A DNA stretch of 64,000 nt, taken from Omnitrophica WOR_2 bacterium RIFOXYA2_FULL_38_17. Lineage in GTDB: Bacteria > Omnitrophota > Gorgyraeia > Zapsychrales > Zapsychraceae. The translations under genes were made by a program, and so were the position numbers. The stretch lies in contig MHHG01000073.1 of assembly GCA_001805965.1 (NCBI GenBank), positions 18,080-82,079 on the forward strand, given 5' to 3'. This document shows positions 10,353 through 19,570 of this stretch, piece after piece (position 1 is the stretch's first letter; the number at the start of each line of letters is the position of its first letter). The notes under the pieces are model-generated. The model saw nothing but the letters and a program-made list of their open reading frames with translations, was not told where the DNA came from and ran no database searches.

Positions 10353-11206
10353 TATTGAAGACCATCTCTTTTTTCTTTTGCCTTGGTAAATAAAGCGAGC
10401 AAGCCCTTATCATCACTATTAAGAATTGAGTTTCTAATTTCTCCCAAGCGTTTAATTGTTTCGTCTAATGACTTGATCACGTTCTTCGAATTTGCCAAGC
10501 AGATATCATTCCATATCTGAGGTGACGAAGAGGCTATTCTAGTTGTATCCTTCAGACCCGTCGAACCATACTCTAAAAATTCTTGTGGTATAACATCGAT
10601 CAATCCATAAGCCAGCAAGTGAGGAAGATGGCTTACATACGCTAATATCTCATCATGTTTTTCCGGTGTCACAATGCAAACTTTTGACCCGACTTTTGTC
10701 CAAAGATACTTTACTTTTTCTTTTGCGATCTGGTTAGTTGCTTCTGTGGGGGTCATTATACATGTCCCGCCTTCAAAAAGATCAGCACTTGAATAATCAG
10801 CGCCTTTTTTCTCTGAGCCCACTAAAGGATGTGCTCCAACAAAAAATCCCGGGACAGGCAAAACCTTCTCGCCTGTTTCAACGATCTCTGACTTTGTGCT
10901 ACCCACATCAGTTACAACACAACCTCTTTTTATGTGAGGTGCTATTGTCGGCAGGATCTTAATAATGGAATCAACAGGAGCTGCCAAAATAACCATGTCA
11001 GAATTCCTTACTGCTTTTTGGGGGTCTGTGAAAGCAACATCAATTGCCTTATTTTTAATAGCCTGAACTAACGATGACTGGCGATAAGCTAGCCCGACAA
11101 CTTCGCGAGCCAGACCTCTCTTCTTTAGCGCCAGCCCTAAAGAGCCACCCATCAACCCTACGCCTATGATTGTAACTCTTTTAAATGGAGTGTTTTTTAT
11201 TATCAT
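10352..11206 (-). CDS. tyrA: Prephenate dehydrogenase
   Basis: GVGLMGGS Rossmann motif, TDVGSTK, HPLVGSE, HD...SHLPH and TRIASS. Confidence 0.93.
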   Translation of the reverse strand: MIIKNTPFKRVTIIGVGLMGGSLGLALKKRGLAREVVGLAYRQSSLVQAIKNKAIDVAFTDPQKAVRNSDMVILAAPVDSIIKILPTIAPHIKRGCVVTDVGSTKSEIVETGEKVLPVPGFFVGAHPLVGSEKKGADYSSADLFEGGTCIMTPTEATNQIAKEKVKYLWTKVGSKVCIVTPEKHDEILAYVSHLPHLLAYGLIDVIPQEFLEYGSTGLKDTTRIASSSPQIWNDICLANSKNVIKSLDETIKRLGEIRNSILNSDDKGLLALFTKAKEKRDGLQ

Positions 11207-11209
11207 TTT

Positions 11210-12226
11210 TTATATCTCTCTTGATACCGCCGCTGCAATATTCTTTAACATGGCCATAACAGCGCTAAACGTCTCGGGAAGAAGTGATTGAGGACCATCT
11301 GAAAAAGCATTTTCAGGGTTATCATGGACTTCTAACATCAATCCATCACATCCAGCTGCAACAGAAGCCTTTGAAGCGCTTTCAACAAGGTTCCATTTTC
11401 CTGTTGCATGACTCGGATCTACCATAATAGGAAGATGTGATAATTGCTTTACAACAGCCACTGCATTTATATCCAAAGTATTGCGTGTTGCTGTTTCATA
11501 CGTTCTTATCCCTCGCTCACATAAGATCACATTAAAATTTCCGTTTGAAAGAATATATTCAGCGGACATTAACCACTCTTTGATTGTGGCGCTCATTCCC
11601 CTCTTAAGAACGACCGGCTTTTCTATTTTTCCGACCTCTTTTAAAAGAGAGAAATTCTGCATATTACGCGCCCCTATTTGCAATATATCAACATACTTGC
11701 AAATTAATCCAATGTCCCGGGAATCCATTACTTCGGTTATAGTTGCCAACCCGAATTCTTTGCCTGCTGCAGAAAGGTATTTTAATCCTTCTTCTCCCAA
11801 TCCTTGAAATTCATACGGAGAAGTGCGCGGCTTAAAAGCCCCGCCTCTTAGGATCGTTGCCCCTGATTCCTTAACTTTTTGAGCAATTGACCTTATCCCA
11901 TCTTTACTCTCTACAGAGCATGGGCCAGCAATAATTGGTATTTTCTTACCGCCGAAAGAGATCTTTTCATTGATCTGAACAACAGAAGAATCATTTTTAA
12001 ATTCCCTTGAAACCAATTTGTAAGGTGCCAGAACAGGTATTACCTGCTCAACTCCCGGAAAAACCTCAAGAGGTGTAACACGAAGAACATCTTCAGGGCC
12101 AATAAATCCAATAACTGTTCTTTTTACACCCTTGGAAATGTGTGGCTTAAGACCCAGCTTTGCAGTCTTATCTAATAAATGATCGATCTGCTCTTGTGTA
12201 ACATCATTCTTTAAGACAACTATCAT
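11210..12226 (-). CDS. aroF: DAHP synthase, class I-beta, with N-terminal regulatory domain
   Basis: IAGPCSVE, GGAFKPRTSPY, QIGARNMQN, LCERGIR and DPSH. Confidence 0.93.
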   Translation of the reverse strand: MIVVLKNDVTQEQIDHLLDKTAKLGLKPHISKGVKRTVIGFIGPEDVLRVTPLEVFPGVEQVIPVLAPYKLVSREFKNDSSVVQINEKISFGGKKIPIIAGPCSVESKDGIRSIAQKVKESGATILRGGAFKPRTSPYEFQGLGEEGLKYLSAAGKEFGLATITEVMDSRDIGLICKYVDILQIGARNMQNFSLLKEVGKIEKPVVLKRGMSATIKEWLMSAEYILSNGNFNVILCERGIRTYETATRNTLDINAVAVVKQLSHLPIMVDPSHATGKWNLVESASKASVAAGCDGLMLEVHDNPENAFSDGPQSLLPETFSAVMAMLKNIAAAVSREI

Positions 12227-13308
12227 AATATTTCACCTAACACTTTTATAAGTTTTCTATTCTCTTTCTGAGTCCCAATACTTACACGGATAAAATCTTT
12301 CATGCCCCAAGAACTCATATTACGAACGATAACACCTTTCTTTAATAATTCTTGAGATACCAAATTAGCGTCACTTTTTACATTGATCAAAATAAAATTT
12401 GTACAACTTTTTTTAAATTCCAATCCGAGCTTATCAAAGCTTTTATAAAGGAACTCTCTTTGATCTCTTACTTTTTTTGCAATACCCCTGAAGTATGCCT
12501 TTTCGTTCAAACATGCTAATGCTGCAGCCTGTGCTATTGAATTGACATTAAATGGTTCACGTATGCGATTCAAAATATCAATAAGCTCAAGGCTCGCTAT
12601 CCCATAGCCTATTCTAAGTCCAGCTAGGCCATACATCTTTGAAAAAGTCCTTGTAACTATCACATTCTTGTTTGCCTGAAGCAATCCGAGTGAATCAACG
12701 TAGTCGCCTTCATCAACATATTCATGATATGCTTCATCAAAAAACACCAGAATATCCTTTCTTAAACCTCTTAAGAACTTCTCCATATCCTTTTGTTTCA
12801 AATAAGTTCCTGAAGGATTGTCCGGATTTCCCAGAAATATGATCTTTGTCCTCTTGGTCACCGCCTTCTTCATAGCATCAAGGTCATAACTAAAATCTTT
12901 CAAAGGAATATTCTTGATCTTTGCACCTTCTATTTTCGATGCAATTTCATAGATAAGAAATGACGGCTTAGCTATGATCACCTCATCGCCTTTATCGACA
13001 AAGGCACGCGCTGCCATAATGATAAGCTCATCTGACCCATTTGAAAATATAAGCTGTCTTGGATTGACCTTAAGCCTTTTCGCGAGGGCACTTCTTAAAT
13101 AGAAACAATCTCCGTCAGGATAACGGTTCACTTCCTTGGCAGCTTTTGAAATAGCTTTTAAGATCTTAGGCGAAGGAGGATAAGGATTTTCATTTGAAGC
13201 CAACTTAATAACTTCTTTTAATCCTAATTCCCTTTTCACCTCAGCGATAGGCTTGCCAGGAATGTAAGGCTTAATATTAAAAATAGTTTTCTTTGCAACA
13301 CTTTTCAT
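12223..13308 (-). CDS. hisC: Histidinol-phosphate/aromatic aminotransferase
   Basis: KLASNENP, NGSDE, DEAY and RTFSKMYGLAGLRIGY (PLP lysine). Confidence 0.92.
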   Translation of the reverse strand: MKSVAKKTIFNIKPYIPGKPIAEVKRELGLKEVIKLASNENPYPPSPKILKAISKAAKEVNRYPDGDCFYLRSALAKRLKVNPRQLIFSNGSDELIIMAARAFVDKGDEVIIAKPSFLIYEIASKIEGAKIKNIPLKDFSYDLDAMKKAVTKRTKIIFLGNPDNPSGTYLKQKDMEKFLRGLRKDILVFFDEAYHEYVDEGDYVDSLGLLQANKNVIVTRTFSKMYGLAGLRIGYGIASLELIDILNRIREPFNVNSIAQAAALACLNEKAYFRGIAKKVRDQREFLYKSFDKLGLEFKKSCTNFILINVKSDANLVSQELLKKGVIVRNMSSWGMKDFIRVSIGTQKENRKLIKVLGEIL

Positions 13309-13345
13309 TTAAAACAGATCTCTTTATTCCATACCCCATAGTTAA

Positions 13346-14404
13346 CTACAATATGGGATAAGAACCTAATACCTTTAAATATTTACACATCTTCTCGAGT
13401 TGGTCTAAAGCTATCATAACATTTTTATCCTGCCTATGCCCTTGAAAATCAACAAAAAAATAATAATCCCATGCGCGTTTCTTAGACGGTCTCGATTCGA
13501 TCCTCGTTAAATTGATCTTGTTCTTGTAAAAAGGCACTAACATGTCATGCAAGGCGCCCATTTTGTCTTTTATCGAGAACAATATTGATGTCTTATCATT
13601 TCCTGTAGGAGCTGCATCCTCCTTCGCAATTATCAGAAATCTGGTTGTATTATGTGCAATATCCTGGATATTGGATTTCAGGACCGGCAATTTGTATATC
13701 TTTGCACTTTCAATCGAGGCAATAGCTGCTGAATCTTTTTTTTCTGCTGCTATCTTAGCTGCTTCTGTAGTAGATGCCACCCAAATTGGGTCAGCTTTCG
13801 GCAAATTAACAGCCAGCCAGTTCCTGCACTGTCCGAAAACCTGAGGATTAGAGTACACTTTCTTAATGCTTTTCATCGAACCTTTTGACATTAAAGCATG
13901 CGAGATCTTAAGAAGCCTTTGCGAGCATATTTTTAATTCAGAATCAACTAAAAGATCAACAGTATACGTCACAACTCCTTCTGTCGAATTCTCGATCGGA
14001 ACAACTCCGTAATCACAATCATTGTGCTCAACCTTTTGAAAAACCTCCGAAATGCTTCCGCACGGCTGATAGTTCACTAAAGAGCCGAAATGTTTCATTG
14101 CCGCTGTATAGGTATATGATCCTTCCGTACCTAAATGGGCTACAGAGCTCATTTTCTCAATAGCAAGGGAGCTGGACATTATCTCTCTATAGATCGCCTC
14201 AAAGGCCTCAACCGAAAGAGGGCCCTTATTCAGGTCCCTTATCCTTTTTAATACCTGCTTTTCCCTTGACGGAGAATAAATACCTTTGTTGTCTTTTGCC
14301 TTTTTTTCTCCGATTTTCTTGCTGATCTTAGCTCTTTCATTAAGAATAACTACCAGCTTAGAATCAAGGGCATTTATCTTCTTCCTTAAATTTTCAAGAC
14401 TCAT
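13346..14404 (-). CDS. pheA: Chorismate mutase/prephenate dehydratase (P-protein)
   Basis: LENLRKKINALD chorismate mutase domain, PIENSTEG, NTTRF and ACT domain LTRIESRP; likely start MSLENL at 14404. Confidence 0.93.
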   Translation of the reverse strand: MSLENLRKKINALDSKLVVILNERAKISKKIGEKKAKDNKGIYSPSREKQVLKRIRDLNKGPLSVEAFEAIYREIMSSSLAIEKMSSVAHLGTEGSYTYTAAMKHFGSLVNYQPCGSISEVFQKVEHNDCDYGVVPIENSTEGVVTYTVDLLVDSELKICSQRLLKISHALMSKGSMKSIKKVYSNPQVFGQCRNWLAVNLPKADPIWVASTTEAAKIAAEKKDSAAIASIESAKIYKLPVLKSNIQDIAHNTTRFLIIAKEDAAPTGNDKTSILFSIKDKMGALHDMLVPFYKNKINLTRIESRPSKKRAWDYYFFVDFQGHRQDKNVMIALDQLEKMCKYLKVLGSYPIL

Positions 14405-14408
14405 ATTC

Positions 14409-15512
14409 TCATCCTCGCTCTCGATCATTTTCATCCAGGGACTCAACTCTTTCTGTTTCAACTTCCTCATCTTCAGACCTTATAACAACATTATCTGCAT
14501 CCTCCATAGACTCAACATTTGCAGGATCTGCAGAAGACTCTTCACGAGGAACTGTAGCTATAACGTCTTCTTCTACTACCTTAGTGGAATTATCATCTTT
14601 TTCAGCCATCAGAGAAGGGAACTCCTCGAGTTTCGGTAATGTATCCATTGACTTAAGCCCAAAGTATTCGAGGAACTGCTTTGTAGTTCCGTAAAGATAC
14701 GGACGGCCGGGGACATCTTTTCTTCCAACTATCTTAATAAGCTCTTTATTAAAAAGATGGGCAACAACCCCATCAGAATTTACGCCTCTGATCAATTCTA
14801 TATCCGACCTTGAAACAGGCTGCTTGTATGCAATAATTGCCAAGCTTTCCAATGCCGGTTTTGACAGCTTCTCTTTATGTTTTGTCTTATAAAAACTCTT
14901 TATATATGAGGCATAAGTTGAGTTGCTGAACATTTGATACCCGCCAGCTATCTCTTTTATCGTGATCCCACTTTTTTTCTCAGCATATTCGCTTGCTAAC
15001 ATGCTGATCGCATTCTTTATTTCAGCTCCAGAAACAGTATCCAGGACTTTCTTTATCTGCTCTAAAGTGATCGGCCGTTCATTAACGAACAACAAAGCTT
15101 CAAGGACCCCTTTTATATGAGTTGTAATATCATCGCCGCAGTCAGCTATATTATGTTCCTCAAAGCTATCCTCTTCTTGAGGCTGATCCTCATCAATATC
15201 CTCTTCTTTCTCCGCTGCCTTATTTATCTCCTCTATCTCTTTAGCCTGATCCATCATTTCTTTATCAAAAGACTCCTCATCAGGTACTCCCTCATTTTCA
15301 GATATATCTCCCTTAGTTGATTGCCCGCTATCTTGCTCAGCAACAGCGCCTTCATTTCCATGTTGAAACTCTTCAACAATACCATCAAGCCCCTGGTCTT
15401 GTGCTCTCTGATCATCTTCGATCTGCTCGGATACACCTTGACCTTCATCAGCAAGGTTATCAACAGCTCCGTTCAATTGCTCTTCTTTTTTTTCAACGAA
15501 TGAATCTTCCAT
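14409..15512 (-). CDS. scpB: SMC-Scp complex subunit ScpB with long acidic N-terminal extension
   Basis: LEALLF, LSKPALESLAIIAYKQP, IELIRGV and GRPYLYGTT..FLEYFGL; the first ~130 aa are D/E/Q-rich. Confidence 0.92.
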   Translation of the reverse strand: MEDSFVEKKEEQLNGAVDNLADEGQGVSEQIEDDQRAQDQGLDGIVEEFQHGNEGAVAEQDSGQSTKGDISENEGVPDEESFDKEMMDQAKEIEEINKAAEKEEDIDEDQPQEEDSFEEHNIADCGDDITTHIKGVLEALLFVNERPITLEQIKKVLDTVSGAEIKNAISMLASEYAEKKSGITIKEIAGGYQMFSNSTYASYIKSFYKTKHKEKLSKPALESLAIIAYKQPVSRSDIELIRGVNSDGVVAHLFNKELIKIVGRKDVPGRPYLYGTTKQFLEYFGLKSMDTLPKLEEFPSLMAEKDDNSTKVVEEDVIATVPREESSADPANVESMEDADNVVIRSEDEEVETERVESLDENDRERG

Positions 15513-16141
15513 TACTTTTTCACCCTTTGCTTATAAATCTCATTTAATAGTTCTTCTGCTGTGCTAATACCATTATTTCTCTCGACAGCTTTTGATATCA
15601 TATCGATAGCTTCCTGGTTCTTGTATTGCAACTTTATCAGAACTGACAATGCCTCATCCTGCCAGTCAGGAACGGCGGCTTCCTTCTTTGCGCCTTGGTC
15701 TTTATCCTGGATCAATCCATATCTCCCGATCTTTCCCTGAAGTTTTGCTACGATCTCCTTTGCCTTCTGCAATCCGATACCTGACAAAGTTTTTAAATAC
15801 TTCACATCACCGTTCTCTATCGCAGTTGTTATTTCAGATATCGGCTTGCTCAAAGCTTTTACGGCAGCTCTTGGGCCTATGCCGGAAACTTTGATAAATT
15901 GCTGAAAAAAATCTTTTTCTATCTCATTAATAAAGCCGATAATTATCGGAATCCCACTTGATGGACCAATTTGAAAATAGTAATAGGTAAACAGATTAAC
16001 ATTACCTGCATCGTCAATCGTATCCTCAATTCTCGCTAAAACCGGAGCTGGAACCATGATCTCATAAAATAAGCCTGCAACATTTACTATAAGTGAATGT
16101 TCTTTTTTTTCTACGAGTTTTCCGGAAATTCTTGCAATCAT
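15512..16141 (-). CDS. ruvA: Holliday junction branch migration protein RuvA
   Basis: MIARISGKL, VSGIGPRAA and LSGIGLQKAKEI HhH motifs, C-terminal EALSVLIKLQY. Confidence 0.93.
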   Translation of the reverse strand: MIARISGKLVEKKEHSLIVNVAGLFYEIMVPAPVLARIEDTIDDAGNVNLFTYYYFQIGPSSGIPIIIGFINEIEKDFFQQFIKVSGIGPRAAVKALSKPISEITTAIENGDVKYLKTLSGIGLQKAKEIVAKLQGKIGRYGLIQDKDQGAKKEAAVPDWQDEALSVLIKLQYKNQEAIDMISKAVERNNGISTAEELLNEIYKQRVKK

Positions 16142-16244
16142 TTTAAGTTAGATCTTCCTGCTTTAATTGAGTCCTGGGCTTCACATACCGGCATCTATGC
16201 CAAAATACAGGCCTTGAACAACACATAATAAAATCAATACAGTA

Positions 16245-16721
16245 CTAACATCTATTTATATTTGCATAGCCTAAGGCTAAAGCCAGAGCATCGCTTGCAT
16301 CAAGAGTAAGTCTCTGTTCATCAACATTTAATATCTCAGCAACCAAACGTTTAACCTGGATTTTTGAGGCATTGCCATTACCGGCAACAGATTTACGTAT
16401 TCTTTTGGGACTTAGCTCAGCCAGCTCAACACTTCTTTTTGCGCAGAGTATACATATTACTCCTCGAACATGGCCAAGTATGCTTGATGTTATTGGATGG
16501 TTATGATGGGAATATAGTTTTTCCAGGACCATAACCTCAGGCTTGTGCTCTTGAATAAGTTCATCAAGAATAATATAAATCTTGTTAAGGCGATCTTGAA
16601 ACAAATCTTTTTGCTTAGGTTCAATCGTTCCTGTCTCAATAAGTCTTATCATGCCTTTATTAAATTCAATAAAACCATAGCCAGTCGCCTTTAACCCAGG
16701 ATCAATCCCTAATATCCTCAT
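16245..16721 (-). CDS. ruvC: Holliday junction resolvase RuvC
   Basis: MRILGIDPG...GYG, catalytic E, GNGNASK and DASDALALA. Confidence 0.95.
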   Translation of the reverse strand: MRILGIDPGLKATGYGFIEFNKGMIRLIETGTIEPKQKDLFQDRLNKIYIILDELIQEHKPEVMVLEKLYSHHNHPITSSILGHVRGVICILCAKRSVELAELSPKRIRKSVAGNGNASKIQVKRLVAEILNVDEQRLTLDASDALALALGYANINRC

Positions 16722-16738
16722 TAAACCCCGCTATCAAT

Positions 16739-17491
16739 TTATTCTTGTGCAAGTTTTTCCATCTCTTCGTCCGAGATATCAAAATTTGCATAGACATTCT
16801 GAACATCTTCTTGTTCTTCAAGTGCTTCCATAAGAGCTAAAAGCTGCTTTGCATCATTACCAATAACCTTAACTGTTGTACTTGGAATCATTGTCATTTC
16901 AGCAGTCATAACAGGTATTTCTTTTGCTTTCAAAGCATCCGTTACAACAGCTAGATCACCAATTTCACATGTAATTTCATGATTTTCGCCTTCTGAATTA
17001 ATGTCTTCAGCGCCTGCATCCAATACAATACCCATTAAATCGTCTTCAGAAACCTTGTCTTTTGCTATGGCAACAAAACCTTTTTTAGAGAATAAAAACG
17101 CTGTGCTTCCAGGGCCAGCAAGATTACCGCTCTTTTTTGAAAGAATATTTCTGATCTCTGCAGTTGTTCTATTTCTGTTATCTGTCAATCCAGTTATCAA
17201 CATAGCAACTCCGCCGGGACCATAAGCATCGAAAGTCACTTCTTCATAAGTAACACCAGGAAGTTCACCAGTACCTTTTTTTATTGCATTCTCGATATTG
17301 CTTGATGGCATGTTGATAGCACGTGCCTTGTCAATAGCAGTCCTAAGCGATGGATTCATCTCCGGATTTCCTCCACCTGCCTTAGCAATAGACGTGATCT
17401 CTCTAATAGCCCTTGTAAAAGCTGCGCCTCTTTTTGCATCAGTTGCTGCCTTCTTATGTTTAATACTTGCCCACTTTGAATGTCCCGACAT
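16739..17491 (-). CDS. yebC: YebC/PmpR family protein
   Basis: MSGHSKWASIKHKK start at 17491, YGPGGVA, TDNRNRT and DVQNVYAN. Confidence 0.95.
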   Translation of the reverse strand: MSGHSKWASIKHKKAATDAKRGAAFTRAIREITSIAKAGGGNPEMNPSLRTAIDKARAINMPSSNIENAIKKGTGELPGVTYEEVTFDAYGPGGVAMLITGLTDNRNRTTAEIRNILSKKSGNLAGPGSTAFLFSKKGFVAIAKDKVSEDDLMGIVLDAGAEDINSEGENHEITCEIGDLAVVTDALKAKEIPVMTAEMTMIPSTTVKVIGNDAKQLLALMEALEEQEDVQNVYANFDISDEEMEKLAQE

Positions 17492-17594
17492 TTTAACCCC
17501 CTTCAATGGTCCCATTCAGATAACAAATAAATAAATTGTGCTCTAATGGGATTATTTCAATAATTTTGTCTAGATGTAATTTATTAAATATTAT

Positions 17595-18111
17595 AAAAGC
17601 AAACCGATAAGCCGAGTTCTGTAAGTATCACATGAGCATTCATATATTTAGCTTGTCCATGTTTTAACACTTAAGGTAAAAATACAAAATGCTCTTTAGA
17701 AACCTATGGTTATTCAACTCACTTTGAAGATTACTCTTTCAAACTCTTGCAGCCTACCCGAAGATTCAAACGAACCGGATCGATTCGCATTCCATGCAAT
17801 AAGCACTAAGTACCTATTGCACATCAATTCTCTTCCTATTTGGCATTGCTCCATGCAGAGATTGCTCGTTTCACTTAAGCATAAACGATCACAGATCGTT
17901 TATGCCTACATCGTCACTGTAGCTCTGATCATCCTCCAGAAAATAGGGCATAGCATTTAGCGGATAGTTTATATTCTCATTACTAAACGCTATTCGCCAT
18001 ACGCTAGATCACTGAAGAATTCCCGCATTACCGGGATGCATTATCCTTTGGAGCTCGGACTTTCCTCCTCGCTGTATTCAAACAGTGAGGCAACCATATC
18101 GGTTTGCTTTT
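17595..18111 (-). ncRNA. rnpB: RNase P RNA (about 517 nt)
   Basis: Universal elements GAGGAAAGUCCGAGCUCC near the 5' end and ACAGAACUCGGCUUAU near the 3' end pair as P4; GGAGCAA.GCCAAAUAGG is present; a 15-bp terminal P1 inverted repeat lies at 17595-17609 / 18097-18111. Confidence 0.95.
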
Positions 18112-18511
18112 CTTTCGTTTCCTTTAATGCTTCAGATGCCAATCTATCAGCATCTTTGTTCTTTTCTCTAGGAACATGACTGATCTTAAAACTCTTAAAA
18201 CCCCGGGCCAATGACTTGACCTGGTCATTAAGAAACTTTAGTTTCGCATTTTTAATTTTATAAGCTCCGATAACTTGCTTATAAACTAATTCACTGTCTG
18301 TGTAGACATTGACGTCATCGGCTCTTAACACAAGCAATTCCTGCAATCCAAAAACAAGTGCCGAATACTCAGCGATATTATTTGTCGCTTCTCCAATTGG
18401 CTTTGATATTTCGCCAACACACTTTCCATCACAATTTATAACAACACCTATCGCAGCCTCCCCAGGATTACCTTTACACGCGCCATCAGTATATATTTCA
18501 AATTTTTTCAT
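18041..18511 (-). CDS. rnhA: Ribonuclease HI
   Basis: YTDGACKGNPG, TNNIAEY, TDSELV and HVPREKNKDADRLA; the 3' end overlaps rnpB. Confidence 0.92.
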   Translation of the reverse strand: MKKFEIYTDGACKGNPGEAAIGVVINCDGKCVGEISKPIGEATNNIAEYSALVFGLQELLVLRADDVNVYTDSELVYKQVIGAYKIKNAKLKFLNDQVKSLARGFKSFKISHVPREKNKDADRLASEALKETKEKQTDMVASLFEYSEEESPSSKG

Positions 18512-18513
18512 TA

Positions 18514-19239
18514 TTACAGATATTCTTCAAGATAAAGGATCCTGTTGCACTTTTCACAAAAAACCAATTCATGCTTCTTTTTTAAATTATTTATTTCCTG
18601 CGGCAACACGTTCAAATTGCAACCACCACAAATATTGCCATTTAAAGGAACAATGGCTAATCCATTTTTACGCACTAATATCTTTTCATACATATCCAAA
18701 CAAGCAGGATCGACCTCTGACCCTACCTTAGATTTTTGGGATTTCAAAACTTTGATGCGATCTTTAATGATATTGATCTCATCATCAATTTTTGATTTCT
18801 GCAACAAATATTTTTTTTCTTCTTCTGCAACATTAGCCTTTTCTTTTGCCACTTCTGCATTAACCTTGTCAAACTCTTCATAAGAAATCAATATCTTATC
18901 TTCAATCACGGACATATCGGCTTTAATGCTTTCAATCTCTGAAATCTTTGCTGTATATTCTTTATTCGTTTTTATTGCAGATAACTGTGCATTAGCTTTT
19001 GAAACGCCTTCTTCCTTGACTTTCAGTTCTAATTCCTGCTCTTTTCTGCTTAACTGAATAGTTTTTAATTTTTCCTCTAATACGTGAAGATTTGCCTTCT
19101 TTCCCTCGAACAATTCTTTTATTTCTTCTAGCATGGCTGGTTTTTCTTCTAGCTGGCCATTCAAATCATAAACTTCATAATCAATCTTTTGCAATTCAAC
19201 AAGTTTCGCTATTTGAACATTAACAGAAGTATCTGACAC
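18514..19239 (-). CDS. Coiled-coil protein with C4 zinc ribbon (DUF164 / CT398-like)
   Basis: LVELQKID, long coiled coil, CGGC...CEKCNRILY; typical position upstream of rnhA/rnpB. Confidence 0.9.
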   Translation of the reverse strand: MSDTSVNVQIAKLVELQKIDYEVYDLNGQLEEKPAMLEEIKELFEGKKANLHVLEEKLKTIQLSRKEQELELKVKEEGVSKANAQLSAIKTNKEYTAKISEIESIKADMSVIEDKILISYEEFDKVNAEVAKEKANVAEEEKKYLLQKSKIDDEINIIKDRIKVLKSQKSKVGSEVDPACLDMYEKILVRKNGLAIVPLNGNICGGCNLNVLPQEINNLKKKHELVFCEKCNRILYLEEYL

Positions 19240-19353
19240 TATGATCCATCTCCTTTAATCTGATTAGAACGCTAAAACAAGAATAGACAAACAATACATA
19301 AAAATAATTTAACTTCACAGGGCTATATTAATATATTCAAACGTAAATTTTTC

Positions 19354-19427
19354 TGGGCCCGCAGGGACTTGAACCCCGGACCAATTGATTATGAGTCAAC
19401 TGCTCTAACCGGCTGAGCTACGGGCCC
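19354..19427 (-). tRNA. tRNA with CAT anticodon, most likely tRNA-Ile2 (lysidine-modified); CCA not encoded
   Basis: GGGCCCG-TAGCTCAGCCGGTTAGAGC-A-GTTGA CT CAT AA TCAAT-TGGTC-CGGGG TTCAAGT CCCTG-CGGGCCC-A. It has a G1-C72 pair, no initiator GGG/CCC anticodon stem, and sits downstream of rpoD as Ile2 often does. Confidence 0.9.
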
Positions 19428-19570
19428 GAAAAATATTAGACAAAATCCTCAAATTTTGGATTTAAGCATATCACAATAGCAATCTGTTTTCAACTGATTT
19501 CCTTTAACTTAAACAAATTCCTATATATAATATAAATAGTAATATTAAAGAGGGATAACCACCTCAACAG

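Noticed and set aside
16245-16721. RuvC fold as TnpB or Cas12
   Set aside because: It is a 158-aa canonical resolvase in the yebC-ruvC-ruvA context.
17706-17960. 84-aa plus-strand ORF
   Set aside because: Lies antisense within the RNase P RNA gene and has no protein-like features.
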